A stretch of 64,000 bases of DNA. It comes from Octopus sinensis (lineage: Eukaryota). Positions 39,601-53,665 of the stretch are shown here, piece after piece. Location: contig NC_042998.1 in NCBI RefSeq assembly GCF_006345805.1, positions 108,500,001-108,564,000 on the forward strand, given 5' to 3'. Each line of letters starts with the position of its first letter. Positions within the stretch are counted from its first letter, which is position 1. Below the pieces are notes generated by a model, which saw only the letters and a program-made list of their open reading frames with translations, made no database searches and was not told the DNA's origin. The position numbers and the translations under genes are program-made.

Positions 39601-40635
39601 AAAAACTGTTCTCAGTATTTAAGGAAGCTGACAAATACAAACAAGAAATCATACCACCTAATAAACATGAAGAAGAAGAAGAAAGAAGAGAAGAAGAAAC
39701 AAACAAAAGCTATAAAAAAAATGAAATCCAAACTAAAAATAGAACAGCAACGAACCATGATAAAACGATGGCAAGAAAAGCCCCTTCGTGGTAAATACTG
39801 GACTAAACTAAACGCAAAAGAAATAGACAAAGAAAAATCCCAGCAATGGTTGAGAAGCTCAGGACTCAAAGCAGAAACAGAGGGATTTTTAATTGCAGCA
39901 CAAGACCAAAGCCTCCCCACCAGAAATTACCAAAAACATGTAATGAAAAGAAATATTACAAGTAACTGCAGAATATGTGGAGATGGACAAGTAACAATAA
40001 ATCATATTATCTCTAGCTGCCCAGTCCTGGCTAAGAAGGAATATATTCACAGACATGACAGAGTTGGAACCTACATACATTGGAAGCTATGCCAACATTA
40101 TGGAATAACAACAGAAAAAAGATGGTATAGGCACACACCAGAAAAGTTCACAGAAAACGAGAAAGCAACCATACTCTGGGATATGCCGATACACACAGAT
40201 AGAGAAATTAAGGCCAACAGACCAGATATAGTTGTCAGAGACCATGAAGAAAAAAATGCTTTCTAATTGATGTATCAGTACCGGCAGATGACAACGTGTC
40301 TCTAAAAGAAATGGAGAAACTCTCAAAATACAAAGACCTGAAATAGAGGTAACTAGAATGTGGAATCTGAAAACAGAAACAATTCCTATCATAGTAGGTG
40401 CATTAGGCATGATAAAAAATATTCAGACAAATACATAACAAAAACACCAGGACTTACAAACACATATAACATATAGAAATTGCACTACTAGGCACTGCAC
40501 ACATCCTACGCAGAACACTTTCCATACAATAACCATCAGAGCATCACAACAAATCACAGCACATACCCAAGGCACACAGAGCTGCGCTCGGTAGTGAAGT
40601 GAAAGTACGCTATAAAAATAAAAATAAAACTACTG
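36666..40635 (+). mobile_element. R4/Dong family A, copy 5, near full-length (~4 kb); single ORF broken by small indels
   Basis: N-terminal KPKRRKWTREE; KLKQDILAKAQRIRRYEKR; RT motifs YRPITCL, WIDYKKAFDS, QGDTLSPLLF, YMDD; CCHC; RLE RPDIVV; 3'UTR then (AAT)n. Confidence 0.95.
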
Positions 40636-40675
40636 AATAATAATAATAATAAAATAATAATAATAATAATAACAA

Positions 40676-40790
40676 TACTTAGAAGTTAAACCTGGATCCT
40701 CAACACTATACACTATCCCCCAAATAGCCCTTCTAGGAACAGCTCACATCCTGCGCAAGACACAAGCAATTCAATAACTAAACCTAAATA
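40676..40790 (+). mobile_element. Extreme 3' ORF end of another R4-clade family
   Basis: PQIALLGTAHILRKTQAIQ*, directly after the (AAT)n tail of copy 5. Confidence 0.7.
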
Positions 40791-40995
40791 AAACATCCCA
40801 CCAAACACAAGACATGCTGTATGCAACAATTATCCAGTAAAATAAACATCCACCAGCAATCTATATAACCAAGGTATTACACATTCAACGCACAATAGAA
40901 GTTAATGATCAAATGAAGTAAATTAAGCAGAGTACTACCCATAAATTACTTGCCTTCCACTGATGTGACAGTTGCTTACTGGTGTTATTGCAATA

Positions 40996-41033
<38 letters not shown>

Positions 41034-41034
41034 T

Positions 41035-41084
<50 letters not shown>

Positions 41085-41528
41085 GGTGTGTGTGTGTGTG
41101 TGTGTGTATGGTGTGTGTGTGTGTGAGAGAGGAGAGAGAAAAGGTTGAGTTCCATTTCATCGTTTACTTTGGGGGTCCCAAAGGTCGATTTCTAATAAAT
41201 ATTCCTCATATATTACATTGGAAGCTTACTGTTGTTAGTAATTTTTCGAATATGAAAATATTACAGGTATAAAGTGTGTTATGAGCATTTATAGAACACG
41301 TATCCTATAGCAGCTTAACAAACAATTAGAGATGCAAAAGAGAAGGTGTAATTACAATAATACGTAATTAATATAATTATAATTATAATCAAATTAATTT
41401 TTTTACCATGTATTTACATGTTAATATTAGCGTTCGTATGCATGGACTAAATTTTTTTCTTCTCTTCTCTATCTTTAATTATTTGTTGAGTTTCTACAGG
41501 ATACATGTTCTATTAATGCTCATAACAC

Positions 41529-41582
<54 letters not shown>

Positions 41583-41596
41583 ATATCATCATCATC

Positions 41597-41900
41597 ATGT
41601 GACCGACATGATGATGATGATCATCAGATGTTGCTGCACATCGCTGGTCACAATGCATTCGCATTGTTTTAGCCTTCGAATGATGCCACCCCGCTGGCTA
41701 AGCGAGCAGGCCAACAGAAGAAAGAGTGAGAGAAAGTTGTGGTGAAAGAGTACAGCAGGGATCACCACCCCCTGTCGGAGCCTCGTGGAGCTTTTAGGTG
41801 TTTTCGCTCAATAAACACTAACAACGCCCGGTCTAGGAATCGAAACCGCGATCCTACGACCGCGAGTCCGCTGCCCTAACCACTAGGCCATTGCGCCTCC
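41597..41900 (-). mobile_element. Young tRNA-derived SINE
   Basis: Minus strand gtggaggcgcaatggcctagtggttagggcagcggactcgcggtcgtaggatcgcggtttcgattcctagaccgg has A-box and B-box features; CpGs intact; (GAT)n-type tail. Confidence 0.85.
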
Positions 41901-42165
<265 letters not shown>

Positions 42166-42900
42166 GTATCCAAATTAAGATTGTGAGGGATATAGAATTC
42201 AAGTGGGTACCGGTTATTAATGCCGGCTAACATCCGCGAGTCTATAAAAAGAAAACTCTGGTTAGTTTGATTTACTAACCTAAGTCTATTTTCATAGTGG
42301 TAAATTCATATGCCTTTATAGAGACTAGAAATTTCGAGTGGAGAAATAGTTTATTCTAGGGATTACGGAACAATATGGGAATGAAATTACCGATATCCTT
42401 AAATTTAAATAGATTTAATTCAATTATAAAATTGGTAAATGAAATAATAGACTTATAGCTCATTACTAACAATATCAGCAATAATAATAAATGCAGTAAA
42501 CACAGCAATACTAGGGAGAGGGATGATAATAACAGTAAAAAACATACTTAAGATAACCTGATGCTAAGCATTAATTAATTTTAAAATGGTCTACGTCTGC
42601 AGAATACTAAAATTCTTAGGACAGCTAGTCATTTTGTTTTTAACTAGTAGAGTTGAAAATCTTGGCTATTTTTGGAACAATGAGAACACCACGTGTATGT
42701 CGGCTGAACTTGTATTTAATTTAGATTTTATCTGAGTAATGCGGTTGATTCCACCCTGAAAAGTGACAACTAACGATAAGTGCATATAAAGATGAAAATT
42801 TTACAATATGCATTAGTTAATTGCCGCAGAAACATGTGTAGGTGCAGATACGGAAAAGGTAATTAACTGTTGAATAAAACTGGATATAAATCTCTTTCTT

Positions 42901-42979
<79 letters not shown>

Positions 42980-43394
42980 CACACACACACAAGTATCTTG
43001 AGGAGGGAGATCTGCTGCCAGAAACGCAAAAAGGATGCAGGAATAGTTCCAAAAATACAAGCAGCATATATACATAGATCAGCAGGTCCTCCGAGATGTC
43101 AAAAGCAGGAAATATGAGATGCAATGATGGGTTGCACGGGAGAAAATTGCTTAATTTTGATGGTCTGTCTTTCGAGCTTTACTTTTATATGCCAGATTTG
43201 TTTGGTGGTCTTTTAACAGACGTCTTTATATACTTATGTATGTACTCTCTCACCGATAAATAATATACCACAAACAAATGAAAGAGTTGTTTCTCTACAT
43301 TAAAAAAATGGCTTTCATCTCCCCTTGAAAGAAGTCCATACCAGCTTAAATTTGACCTCTGAACTAAACCAATATCCAAGGCTAAAAATTGCAT

Positions 43395-43442
<48 letters not shown>

Positions 43443-43589
43443 GTATGTACGTATGTATGTATGTATGTATGTATGTATGTATGTATGTATGTATGGATGT
43501 ATGTATGTATGTATGTAAGTATGTATGTATGTATGTATATATCATATTCGGATCTTTACGTCTTGACAGCGTGAGCAGCGGATAATGTC

Positions 43590-44590
43590 TTAAGTACCCA
43601 TATTCTTCCTCCTGTAGCTTGTCTCACGGCTGATCATTTCTATATTTGATGAGCAAGTAAAATCTGCAAGCAAGGAAGCTTCTGCAAGTTTGCGTGGGTT
43701 GTCTTTCTTTGGTGTTTTGCTTCGGGGGTCACCACGTTTTCTTCCTCGAGCTGTTTGACTCCCATGCTCACTGAGGTTTTCGATACTGTTCTGTCCTCAG
43801 TTAACTTTTCCCAAGTCTTTGCATTGATGTGGCACTTGGTTAGGTTGGTCTTGCATATATTCTTGAATATCACTTGTAATCGTCCGCTGGATTTGCTATC
43901 TTGAGCCAAATCGCTATATAACAGCCGTTTGGAAATTCTATTGTCATCCATTCGTTTCACATGTCCAAGCTATCTGAGACTTTTTTGCACAGAATTGCAG
44001 TCATGCTCGGAAGTGCCGTCTGTTTGAAGACTTCTGTGTTGGTTACTTTGACTTGCTAAGCGATGCCAAGGATCATTTGCATGTATCTCAAATGAAAGAC
44101 ATTGAGCTTCTCTTGTCCTGTGTTTAGTGCCTTGGTCTCTGATCAATAGATGGGGGTGCTCAATATCCATTTGGTTTTCACTGTGAGCATCTTGTCCAAT
44201 GCATTTTATTTGCTGAATCTACCAATAGCTGTTGCATCTTTTCCTATTTTGACACGTATTTCGTCATCTAGGTAGGTTGTCGAAGCCATTGTGGACCCGA
44301 GATAACAGAATTTCTTTACAATCTCCAAAGGCTTATTATAAAGCACGATGCTGCCTTGAGATGGGCCATCTTGTGACGATCTTCTTGATGCTGATTACAA
44401 GAGAAGATATTTTGCAGGCTTGTGAAAGATGCTTTGCAGGCTTGTGAAAGACTCGCTGTGAGCAATCAGTGCTGCATCATCTGCAAAGAGATCTCTGACC
44501 AAGGTTGACTTGGTCTTGATTTTTGCTCTGAGACGTGCTGTTGCGGTTTGCCTTAATTGGAAAACTGATGGGACTCTTGTATACCACAGA
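43590..44590 (-). mobile_element. RTE (BovB-like) LINE 3' portion, decayed
   Basis: ARLRAKIKTKSTLVRDLFADDAALIAH; RMDDNRISKRLLYSDL...TWEKLTEDR. Confidence 0.88.
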
Positions 44591-45371
44591 GAAAACATCA
44601 AGACCAAGTGTTTGTATATATGCATGTAAATATGTTTAAATTAAATATATATGTAAATATACAAATTCATATATACATATGTATAAGCATTACCAGTGTT
44701 ACATACTTAATGCATGTGATTTGTTTATGCACTTATTAATTGCGTGATTGTGTCAGAGAGGAAAGTCCTCTTAGAGAGTTAAGAATCACTAAATAGCTGA
44801 AATGAAATAAGCAAAGCAAGATCACACACCAAGACGGAAAGTGTCACTGAGGAGGTCACAGATGTGTGACGAAAGATTCACGGACAGTGGACATGAGTCA
44901 AAATAAGAACAATAATAGACGAGGGAACAACGAATATATAGCAGGTGTGTTTATTTGGCAAGAAAAAAATTATCATCCGGACATAATACAATATCTGTTT
45001 CAACACCCAACTTCACATCAGGAATCTTCCTGCACAAATTCATACACGTATATTTATATATATATAAGTTTATTAAATTCACATCAAATAAGGAATATGG
45101 TTCAATGTTCAGTCAAAATGAGAACTAAGCATTCTCCTTCAAGTATGGTATGAAAAGTTACCTAAAAATATTAGTATTATACGGTAGTGCACCATTTTGT
45201 ATGGAGAATCACCTTCTGACCTTTTGCAATGCCCGTAATTCGGGTAGGACTTTTACAACATTCAGGTAATTGTGACATATACAAAAATAAAGAACAGAAA
45301 GTCTATAGTCATATACTACATTTATTATATAAATTAACAGAAAAACGCTCTTCTTTGCCTGTATGTATGTA

Positions 45372-45420
<49 letters not shown>

Positions 45421-45614
45421 ATTTAACCATCCCTTAGAGGTTTTAAACACCTCTAACTTATACCTACATAACACACACACACACACGCACGCACGCACGC
45501 ACACACACATATATGTATGTATGTATATTTTGGTGTATAACACTTATCAAACTGATTGTTTGATAAGCGCCACGCACGAAACTATAAGACCGGTTAATTT
45601 TATAACATACATAC

Positions 45615-45646
<32 letters not shown>

Positions 45647-45671
45647 CATGCACATACACATATATATATAC

Positions 45672-45702
<31 letters not shown>

Positions 45703-45731
45703 CATATATATATATGTATATACATGCACAT

Positions 45732-45801
<70 letters not shown>

Positions 45802-46165
45802 TATGTATATGTGTGTGTTTATTGTATCAAATTTTAACATTCTACTGGTAGTGTGTAGGTTCTTGACTGTGGATTGTGTGGTAGAATACATTGTTTCCAG
45901 TTCTATAAAACCGTATTGATCTTGGAAGAGTATGTGTTGAGTGATCTTAAGTATCTTTGAAACCCAATTTGAACACGTAGAGACTATAATGGAAAAATAA
46001 ACATTACTATACTTCACTGTAGTCATGTTTGCAACAAATCGATTAAATTGAAACTATTATAGGAAGGTAAGATCATTGAAAATGATATTTATACAAGGCG
46101 AATGACAAGACATTTTGATATTGTAGGGGAGAAGTTATATCTCCCTAAATATGCTTGTGTACGTG

Positions 46166-46214
<49 letters not shown>

Positions 46215-46219
<5 letters not shown>

Positions 46220-46420
46220 GTAGATAGATCGTTAGCCCCTACATACATGTTTTTCTCTCCTGGTTTCTCTCCTTGTTTTTTCTGTGTACCTTTCTGTAGA
46301 AGAGCGCAGGTTCGAAACGTAAAATACTTTTTTCTGTTCCTGAGCGTTATACTAATACATCTGTTTGTTTTGTATACCACCTGTCTTCGACTTTTGTTCT
46401 TTTCGTAAACTTTCCCTATA
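46215..46420 (+). mobile_element. Short PLE pLTR-like element between (TA)n tracts
   Basis: Homologous to 27760-27915. Confidence 0.7.
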
Positions 46421-46538
46421 TAATATATATATATTAATTCTCTATTTGTGTATTAAGGCAAGCATTGGTTTAATGTTAATATCTTCATATCTCAACACGA
46501 AACCAATGGTAAACTTAATAAATAAAGGATATAAATAA

Positions 46539-46629
<91 letters not shown>

Positions 46630-46633
<4 letters not shown>

Positions 46634-47410
46634 TGGATTCGTCATGTTCGATGTATGAAATCTCACCTGTATGACTTATCAGTTTATAACTTTACCGGAA
46701 GATGATCAATTTTATCGTATGGTGTAATCTGGGAATACCAAAAAAGAAAAAAATCACCGAAACAGCTACCATAGATATATTCTCAGTCAATTCATATATT
46801 TATTATTTGGGGAGAGCATAATTTTGAAGTATCTAAGTGATTTATAAATTTTGTGTAAGCTTGTAGAGATTTAATCTGAATATTTGAAGTTAGCGGAGGA
46901 GATTAACATTTCATCTTATACTTTGGTTCATAATTTAGAAAATTTTACGTCTACCGGTGTTGGATTTGGAGGAGGGGAGTATCTTTCCTTTATATTATAG
47001 GCACACTATATGTTTTTGTGACTATATATATTGTGATAGCGTTGTGTCATTCCGTCTATTTGACTTGTGGAATAGATCTTTGTGTTTTTGCAATATAAAT
47101 TTTGAAATCTATTGTGCATGTATTCAGATTGGGGCAATTGCATATAAGCTGTGAATTGTTTTCGTGAAGAAAGGTTTTCATTGCTGATGCTTGCTAATAT
47201 ATGTTGGAAGTTGTCAGTGGTAGAGTAAGCAAATTTAACAATTTTTCTGTTAAGTTTAAAGTATTTATGAGTAAATGGAAATGTTTATGTGGGAGGTTTA
47301 TAGCTATTCTAGATAATGGAGTAGCTACTTGCCTTCAAATTGTGAGTATAATATCAATTAGTGGAAAATCTTTGCGTTTACTATATTACATATGTGAATT
47401 CCTCTCGATG
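46630..47410 (-). mobile_element. Penelope-like element 3' fragment (RT-to-endonuclease linker and endonuclease remnant, plus pLTR)
   Basis: Minus translation FPFTHKYFKLNRKIVKFAYSTTDNFQHIL...CNCPNLNTC...NDTTLSQYI*; hammerhead-like remnant at 46637-46683 downstream. Confidence 0.75.
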
Positions 47411-49541
47411 TATCCTTTTCTGAACAGATGCACGTACACACATATACCTATATGAATATATATATATATATAATATAGTGTTTATATGCATATTTATATA
47501 CATACATACGTAAGTGCACACACACATACACATACACACTCAGATACACACGTGTACATATACATGCGACCGGTATCTACAAATGGATGTGTCAATACAT
47601 ATTTATATTATGGCGATGCTGCTATGCTTCTTGCTACCGTTCTCTCTTTCGTTACGCTAACCTCTTCAACGGAGTTATTAATGCTGTTACTAATGTTGCT
47701 ATAACAAGTGAAATTAGGCTGAGCTACGTTGATATAGTAAATCAAAGTTATGTAAAGAGTAAGAATGTGTGATTGCAGTATATTAATCATCAGTAAACTT
47801 CAAGCTTTTAAAAGTGAGCATAAAACCTATTAGTAAAACGAATCCCGTTGGAAAGAAACTTAGAAACACATGTCATGTGGCACTTCCGAGGCACTACTTA
47901 TGTATTCATCCCGTAGAGAGTATGTGAAAATGTGCTCTCCAGCATATATTTACATTTAGGAAACAGCATGTAAAGAATCAAAAGTAAGAAAGTTGTTGAG
48001 TAAGGCGAATTTTTAAGACATTAGTTCATGAAGAGAAAATTGAATCAGATGGTTACCACACTATTCATGATGATGATACCAAAACTGAAACTCGCAGTTG
48101 CTATTGAAATAATGTGATGCAGGCAGTAACGCAAATGACGATGAAAAGATTGAATTAGAGGTAGAGAGAAGAGGAAAACAAGATAAAATGAGTGAAAAAT
48201 AAAATGGTACTGATGCTGACATGAAAATGTTTTATTAATGACTGTATGTAATTTCACAATGGTCTTAATTTTGCTTCTGTTTGTTTTTCCCATCCCTAAG
48301 TATTCTCTACCCCTTATACTTCTGCTCTATATATTTTACTCTCTACTCTGATTATGTGTTGGTATTATTAATTGAAGCACTTCAGGTAGGTATCTGAAAG
48401 CAATGATGGGCAACAATACACAATATGTTAGTCCAGTGCATGAAGGCTTATGTTTTTGCTATTCAGCGTAAGAAGTAAACTGGTCGCTATCTACCTGCCG
48501 GTCTGTATGTTTTCTGTCTCCCTGCCTGTCCGCCTGTCTGTCTGCCTGTCTGTCTGCCTGTCTGCCTGTCTGCCTGTCTACCTGTGTTATGTTTTTGTGT
48601 TTTGCAGTAAATTTCTACTGATAAACTGTTGATATCGCTGCTTCTAGAATTTGTTGCTCTTGCTAGTGCTGCTACAATTGGTGCTGCACTGCTGCTGCTG
48701 CATATATTTGCTGCTGCTGATATTGCTGCCCTTGTTATTAAGTATAAAACCTTTGTTATTATTTCTTCTGCAACTGCTTTTCTTTCGTAGAACTTTTTTT
48801 TTCTGACGGCTACTGGTTCTTCTTACTACTGGACTTGGTTCTTACCGCTGCTCATTTCTTCTTGCTGCCTCTATTTTTGTTGTTGTTTTGTTGTTCACTT
48901 CTAACAGCTGCCGGCGTTGTTAATTAATTCATTCTAAAGTTTTACAATTTTCCTTTTTCTTTCTATTATTTGTTGCCCTTTATTCTCTAGTTTGCTAGAA
49001 CGTTACTAGATGTCTTGGAAATTGCAATTACTGCTTCTATTATCCATAGTGGAGGTGCGCTTCCTGTTTCCAATATTATTGCTGGTATTGTTTTTGTTAT
49101 TATCGTTCCTCCCGCTGTCGCTGATACTGCTGCTCTTTTCTAACTGATCTTGGACTCTATGTTATTGGAACTATATCTTTAGCATTTGTTAATGCTACAC
49201 AAATTGCTATTTCTACAGCCTTTCTTAGAACTACTGCAGTTATGTGATTGTGGCTGTGGCTTTTATTGGTAATATAATCACAGCTATCACTGCTGTTGTA
49301 GTAATCAGTGTTGTTGCAGTTGCTATTGCGACTGATACTACTGCAGTATATCTGCTGCTTCATTTACTGTTGCAGTTGTTATAATTATTTCGTACAGATA
49401 AGCTCTGATTGAACAGATCTATGTTCAAAGATATTCCAGGGGTGCTATAACAGCATATAATAAATATAATATAAACTTGTGCTCCTCCTAGTTTGGTATA
49501 TATATATATATATTATATATATATATATATATATTATATAC

Positions 49542-49573
<32 letters not shown>

Positions 49574-49785
49574 CTGTGTATTTTGGGGAGCAGTCAGTCT
49601 TATCGTTAAAGGTGCAAAACTGAATATTACCAATTAGTCGATTACTGCTGAAGAATTACGGACTTTCTGTTTGTCTCCCGTTCGTTTTTACATTAAGTAT
49701 ACGTTATGTCGAGTGTTTATACACACACATACACACACACATATATATACACATATATATATTATATATCATACATACATATATA

Positions 49786-49860
<75 letters not shown>

Positions 49861-50659
49861 ATATATATGTATGTATGTATATATATATATATCATACATA
49901 CATATATATATGCATATATATATGTGTGTATGTGTGTGTGTTTGTTTGTATGTATACATGTATGTATGTATGTATGTATGTATGTATGTATGTATGTGTG
50001 TAATGTATTCATTTTCTGAAGTCATTCGGTATGACTACCTTGTATAGCTGACTACCGACCACACATGCCTTCGCTGTCTGGTGTCTGTAGCTACTATTGT
50101 TGTTGAAGGTGATGATGCTGCAGGTCATATTGTTGCAAATAATCTAATTACTGTGTCTGTCTTTAATGTTGCTTGTATACTATAACTATCAAGAAACACT
50201 ACTTGATATCGAAATTGCTGTGATTGATTTTATCGTTCTTCGGTTTTTAACATTGTTTTGCATAAAAATTGATGTAGTGACAGTACTGTCTTAGTTACTG
50301 TTGCTGTTATTTAAGTGCTTCTGTGAAACGATCACATCTTGCATTATTTTCTTATGTTTCCCTTTCTCTTCGTCCTGCATGTAAAAAATTGGCTATTCAT
50401 CCCACTTCTGATTGAATACCACATCATGTGAGACATGTATTTCTATGATGTATGTGTGTGTGTATGTTAGAAATATTATGTGTGCGCATATATGTGTGTG
50501 TGTGTGTGTGTGTAGAATGTTGAAAAGTGACACACGAGTTGATATGTATAAGGAAATTAAGACAAGATAGAAAATGCTAAAATTATTTTATCATGAAATA
50601 CATTAAAATTATTTTAGCATTTGCTACATTGTCTTATTCTCCTTATATACATATAATAA

Positions 50660-50767
<108 letters not shown>

Positions 50768-50790
50768 ATATATATATATATATGTATGTA

Positions 50791-50826
<36 letters not shown>

Positions 50827-50884
50827 TGTATGTATATATATATAATATATATATGTATGTGTATATATATATATATGCATATAT

Positions 50885-51042
50885 AATGGAGTGGCTGTGT
50901 GGTAAGTAGCTTGCTTACCAACCACATGGTGCCAGGTTCAGTCCCACTGCGTTGCACCTTGGGCAAGTGTCTTCTACTATAGCCTCGGGCCGACTAAATC
51001 CTTGTGAGTGGATTTGGTAGAGGGAAACTGGAAGAAGCCCGT

Positions 51043-51087
<45 letters not shown>

Positions 51088-51175
51088 CTGTGTGTATATA
51101 TTTGTGTGTGTGTGTTTGTCCCCCAACATCGCTTGACAACCGATGTTGGTGTAACTTAGCGGTTCGGCGAAAGAT
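50885..51175 (+). mobile_element. tRNA-derived SINE, family S2 (3' part truncated)
   Basis: A-box-like tggctgtgtggt, B-box-like ggttcagtccc; internal (TA)n; body matches 27140-27685. Confidence 0.85.
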
Positions 51176-51218
<43 letters not shown>

Positions 51219-51704
51219 CACATACGCTCAAAAACATAAATACACATATTTCTATCTACATACATACACGTGCACGCACGCACACACGCACATACATTAT
51301 CATCATCATCATTTAACATCCTCTTTCTATGCTGGAATTGGTTGGACGGCTTGAAAGGAGCTGGGCAGGCAGGAACCCGTGTGCTATGCTTCTGTGTGTG
51401 TGTATACCTATATATATATATTTATATATATTTTTTTATATATACCTAAGAAGCAATCTTTCTTTAGAGGCGCCACAGGACACATTTGAATCTCCTTCGA
51501 CCCTTTGTCTTTATCATTATTCACAGTCACTTATGCAGCAATTATCACAGTTTTCGGATGCAAAATTCTAGCAATTTCAGATTTTAGGGATTGTATTTTA
51601 AAAAATTTTCTTCTTTTTTTACAATCCTGGATTCAGGCCGACATGATAGATCAGTTAGAAAGCACATACGCTTTTTTCTGTGTATTATTATTATATCTGG
51701 TTTA

Positions 51705-52510
51705 ATATTTTTCTATATACTTATCCGTTTGAATTGCAAAAATCCCATAAAAATCTTGCATTTTCCCAACTGAAGCACTCTTTCAGCCCACAGGTTTCTT
51801 GAGCTAACATGGGACATTCTGCAACAATGTGTCACCCTGCATTTTGCTTGCACTTTCTCCCCATACTTATATTTTCTCAAATTATTCGTTTTTAACGCTT
51901 GACCTTGAGCTGCTATAATAAGGCTCTCTGTTTCTTTCTTCAATTACTCTTTTTTCAACCAATCTCAGGTTTTTGTTCCACATATCTCCACCATGCTTTT
52001 CCAAACCTGGCCATGCAAAGCGTCCTCATCAATCTGTTTAATATGCTCTCGTTGAATTTCATTCTTGTCCTTTTCTCCTATTCTAAACTTTTCACCTTTT
52101 CCTATATTCACTGCTTTTAGTAATTTCTCTATGCCGTTCTGTAAATATTCTAGTAGGCTTTTTCTTTCCATCTATGCATACTCAACAACCATTAATCCTT
52201 TTCCACCCTAGTTTCTTTTCTAGTACAACTGGTTTATCAACTTTCGGATGATGGGCTCCATACATGTTTAACAGCCTCTATGTTCTGTGAAGTTTCTTTG
52301 TGTCCTTTTTTGTCCAGTCTACAGTTCTAGCTCCATTTCTGGTAACCGGTACTGCTCTTGCATTAATTGCTTCAATAACATTTTTAAAATTCAACTTTGT
52401 AATATTTTTCTCACTCTGTTCGCATACCTGCTAATTGTAACTTGCTTCACCTCTTCATACTTTATTTCATTTGCTCCCAATGTCCCTAAACATTTAAACC
52501 ACTATTCTTT
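51705..52510 (-). mobile_element. Old R4-clade fragment
   Basis: KETESLIIAAQGQALKTNN; DEDALHGQVW. Confidence 0.75.
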
Positions 52511-52789
52511 CTTAACTACTTTTATTGTTTGCTCGTTTGGTATTTCAATTCGCTGACTTCCTTCAGACCTTCCTTATCAATATAGCGCACATTTGAATCG
52601 CGAATTCGATACCTAAATCATTTGCGAACAAGACTTTCTCGCTGCTTCTCATTTTTCGCATAAAGCATCATATCATACATAAAAAAGAAAATAATTTATC
52701 TGACCATACCCGTTTCCCAAATCATAAGCTAGTATCAAAATGAGCGGTATCATGGCCCATACAAATAATCCTTTCTATTATAGGCACAA

Positions 52790-52970
52790 GGTCTGAAATT
52801 TGGGTGAGGGAGATAGTCGATTACTCAACTGGTATTTAATTTATTGACCCCAAAAGGATGAATGACAAAGTCGATCTCGGTGGAATTTGGACTCAAAACG
52901 TAGCGACGGGCGAAATACTACTAAGCATTTCGTCCTGGGCGGTAACGATTCTGCCAGCTCGCCGCCTTGG
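52790..52970 (-). mobile_element. SINE, family S1
   Basis: aaggatgaatgacaaagtcgatctcggtggaatttggactcaaaacgtagcgacgggcgaaatac. Confidence 0.85.
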
Positions 52971-53229
52971 CCAATACAAATAATAATGGAGATAAGGTAT
53001 CACCTTGAAATGTACCGCGTCTAATGTTCACTTTCCCAAGTCATTGTTTTCCTCTAATCAATTCAATATTCCAATGTTTCATACTTTCATCGACAATTTT
53101 CTCCATATTTTTTGCAACTCCAAATATACTCATTTTTTATTTATCCAATTTCCCAGTACCGATCATGTTACATTCGATACCTTCAATCTGTGACTTCTAA
53201 ATATCATGGTTTCAACTAATAATAGGGCT

Positions 53230-53560
53230 TTAGTTGATCTACTTTGCTTCCTGCATCCATCCTTTCTGTCTCTCTGGAAGTAAATTGTTACTTTGCAGAT
53301 GATTGTGTATCTTTTTCGCCAAGACATTGGTCATAAGCTTCCACATAAGTGGTAAACAGGTTACACGTCGAAAATCTGAAGCCAACTTACTTTCCAAGGG
53401 GTGTTTGGGACATGACAACATCCGTCCACTTGTCATCCAGGTAGGCATTCACCAAGGTGTGCAGCGAGCTTTTCATGCAACTGTGTAAAATTATTCAACC
53501 AATAAACTCGTACTCCATCCAGGCCTGTCCTTTCCACTTTGCTAATTGTTTAACTTCAGT
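53230..53560 (-). mobile_element. Old R4-clade RT fragment
   Basis: SDFRRVTCLPLMWKLMT...NNLLPERQKG. Confidence 0.75.
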
Positions 53561-53593
53561 AAATACAACTCTATTCTGACGTCCTTTTGACTA

Positions 53594-53665
<72 letters not shown>

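Noticed and set aside
41810-41900. Possible tRNA gene
   Set aside because: The tRNA-like head continues into a SINE body and has no acceptor-stem closure
45371-46026. Long YI-rich ORFs (also at 41876, 49671, 50643)
   Set aside because: (TA)n/(CA)n microsatellites lack stop codons
48600-49400. Ala/Val/Thr-rich coding-like stretch (also 58620-59260 and 59800-60060)
   Set aside because: Cryptic degenerate trinucleotide repeats with frequent stop codons
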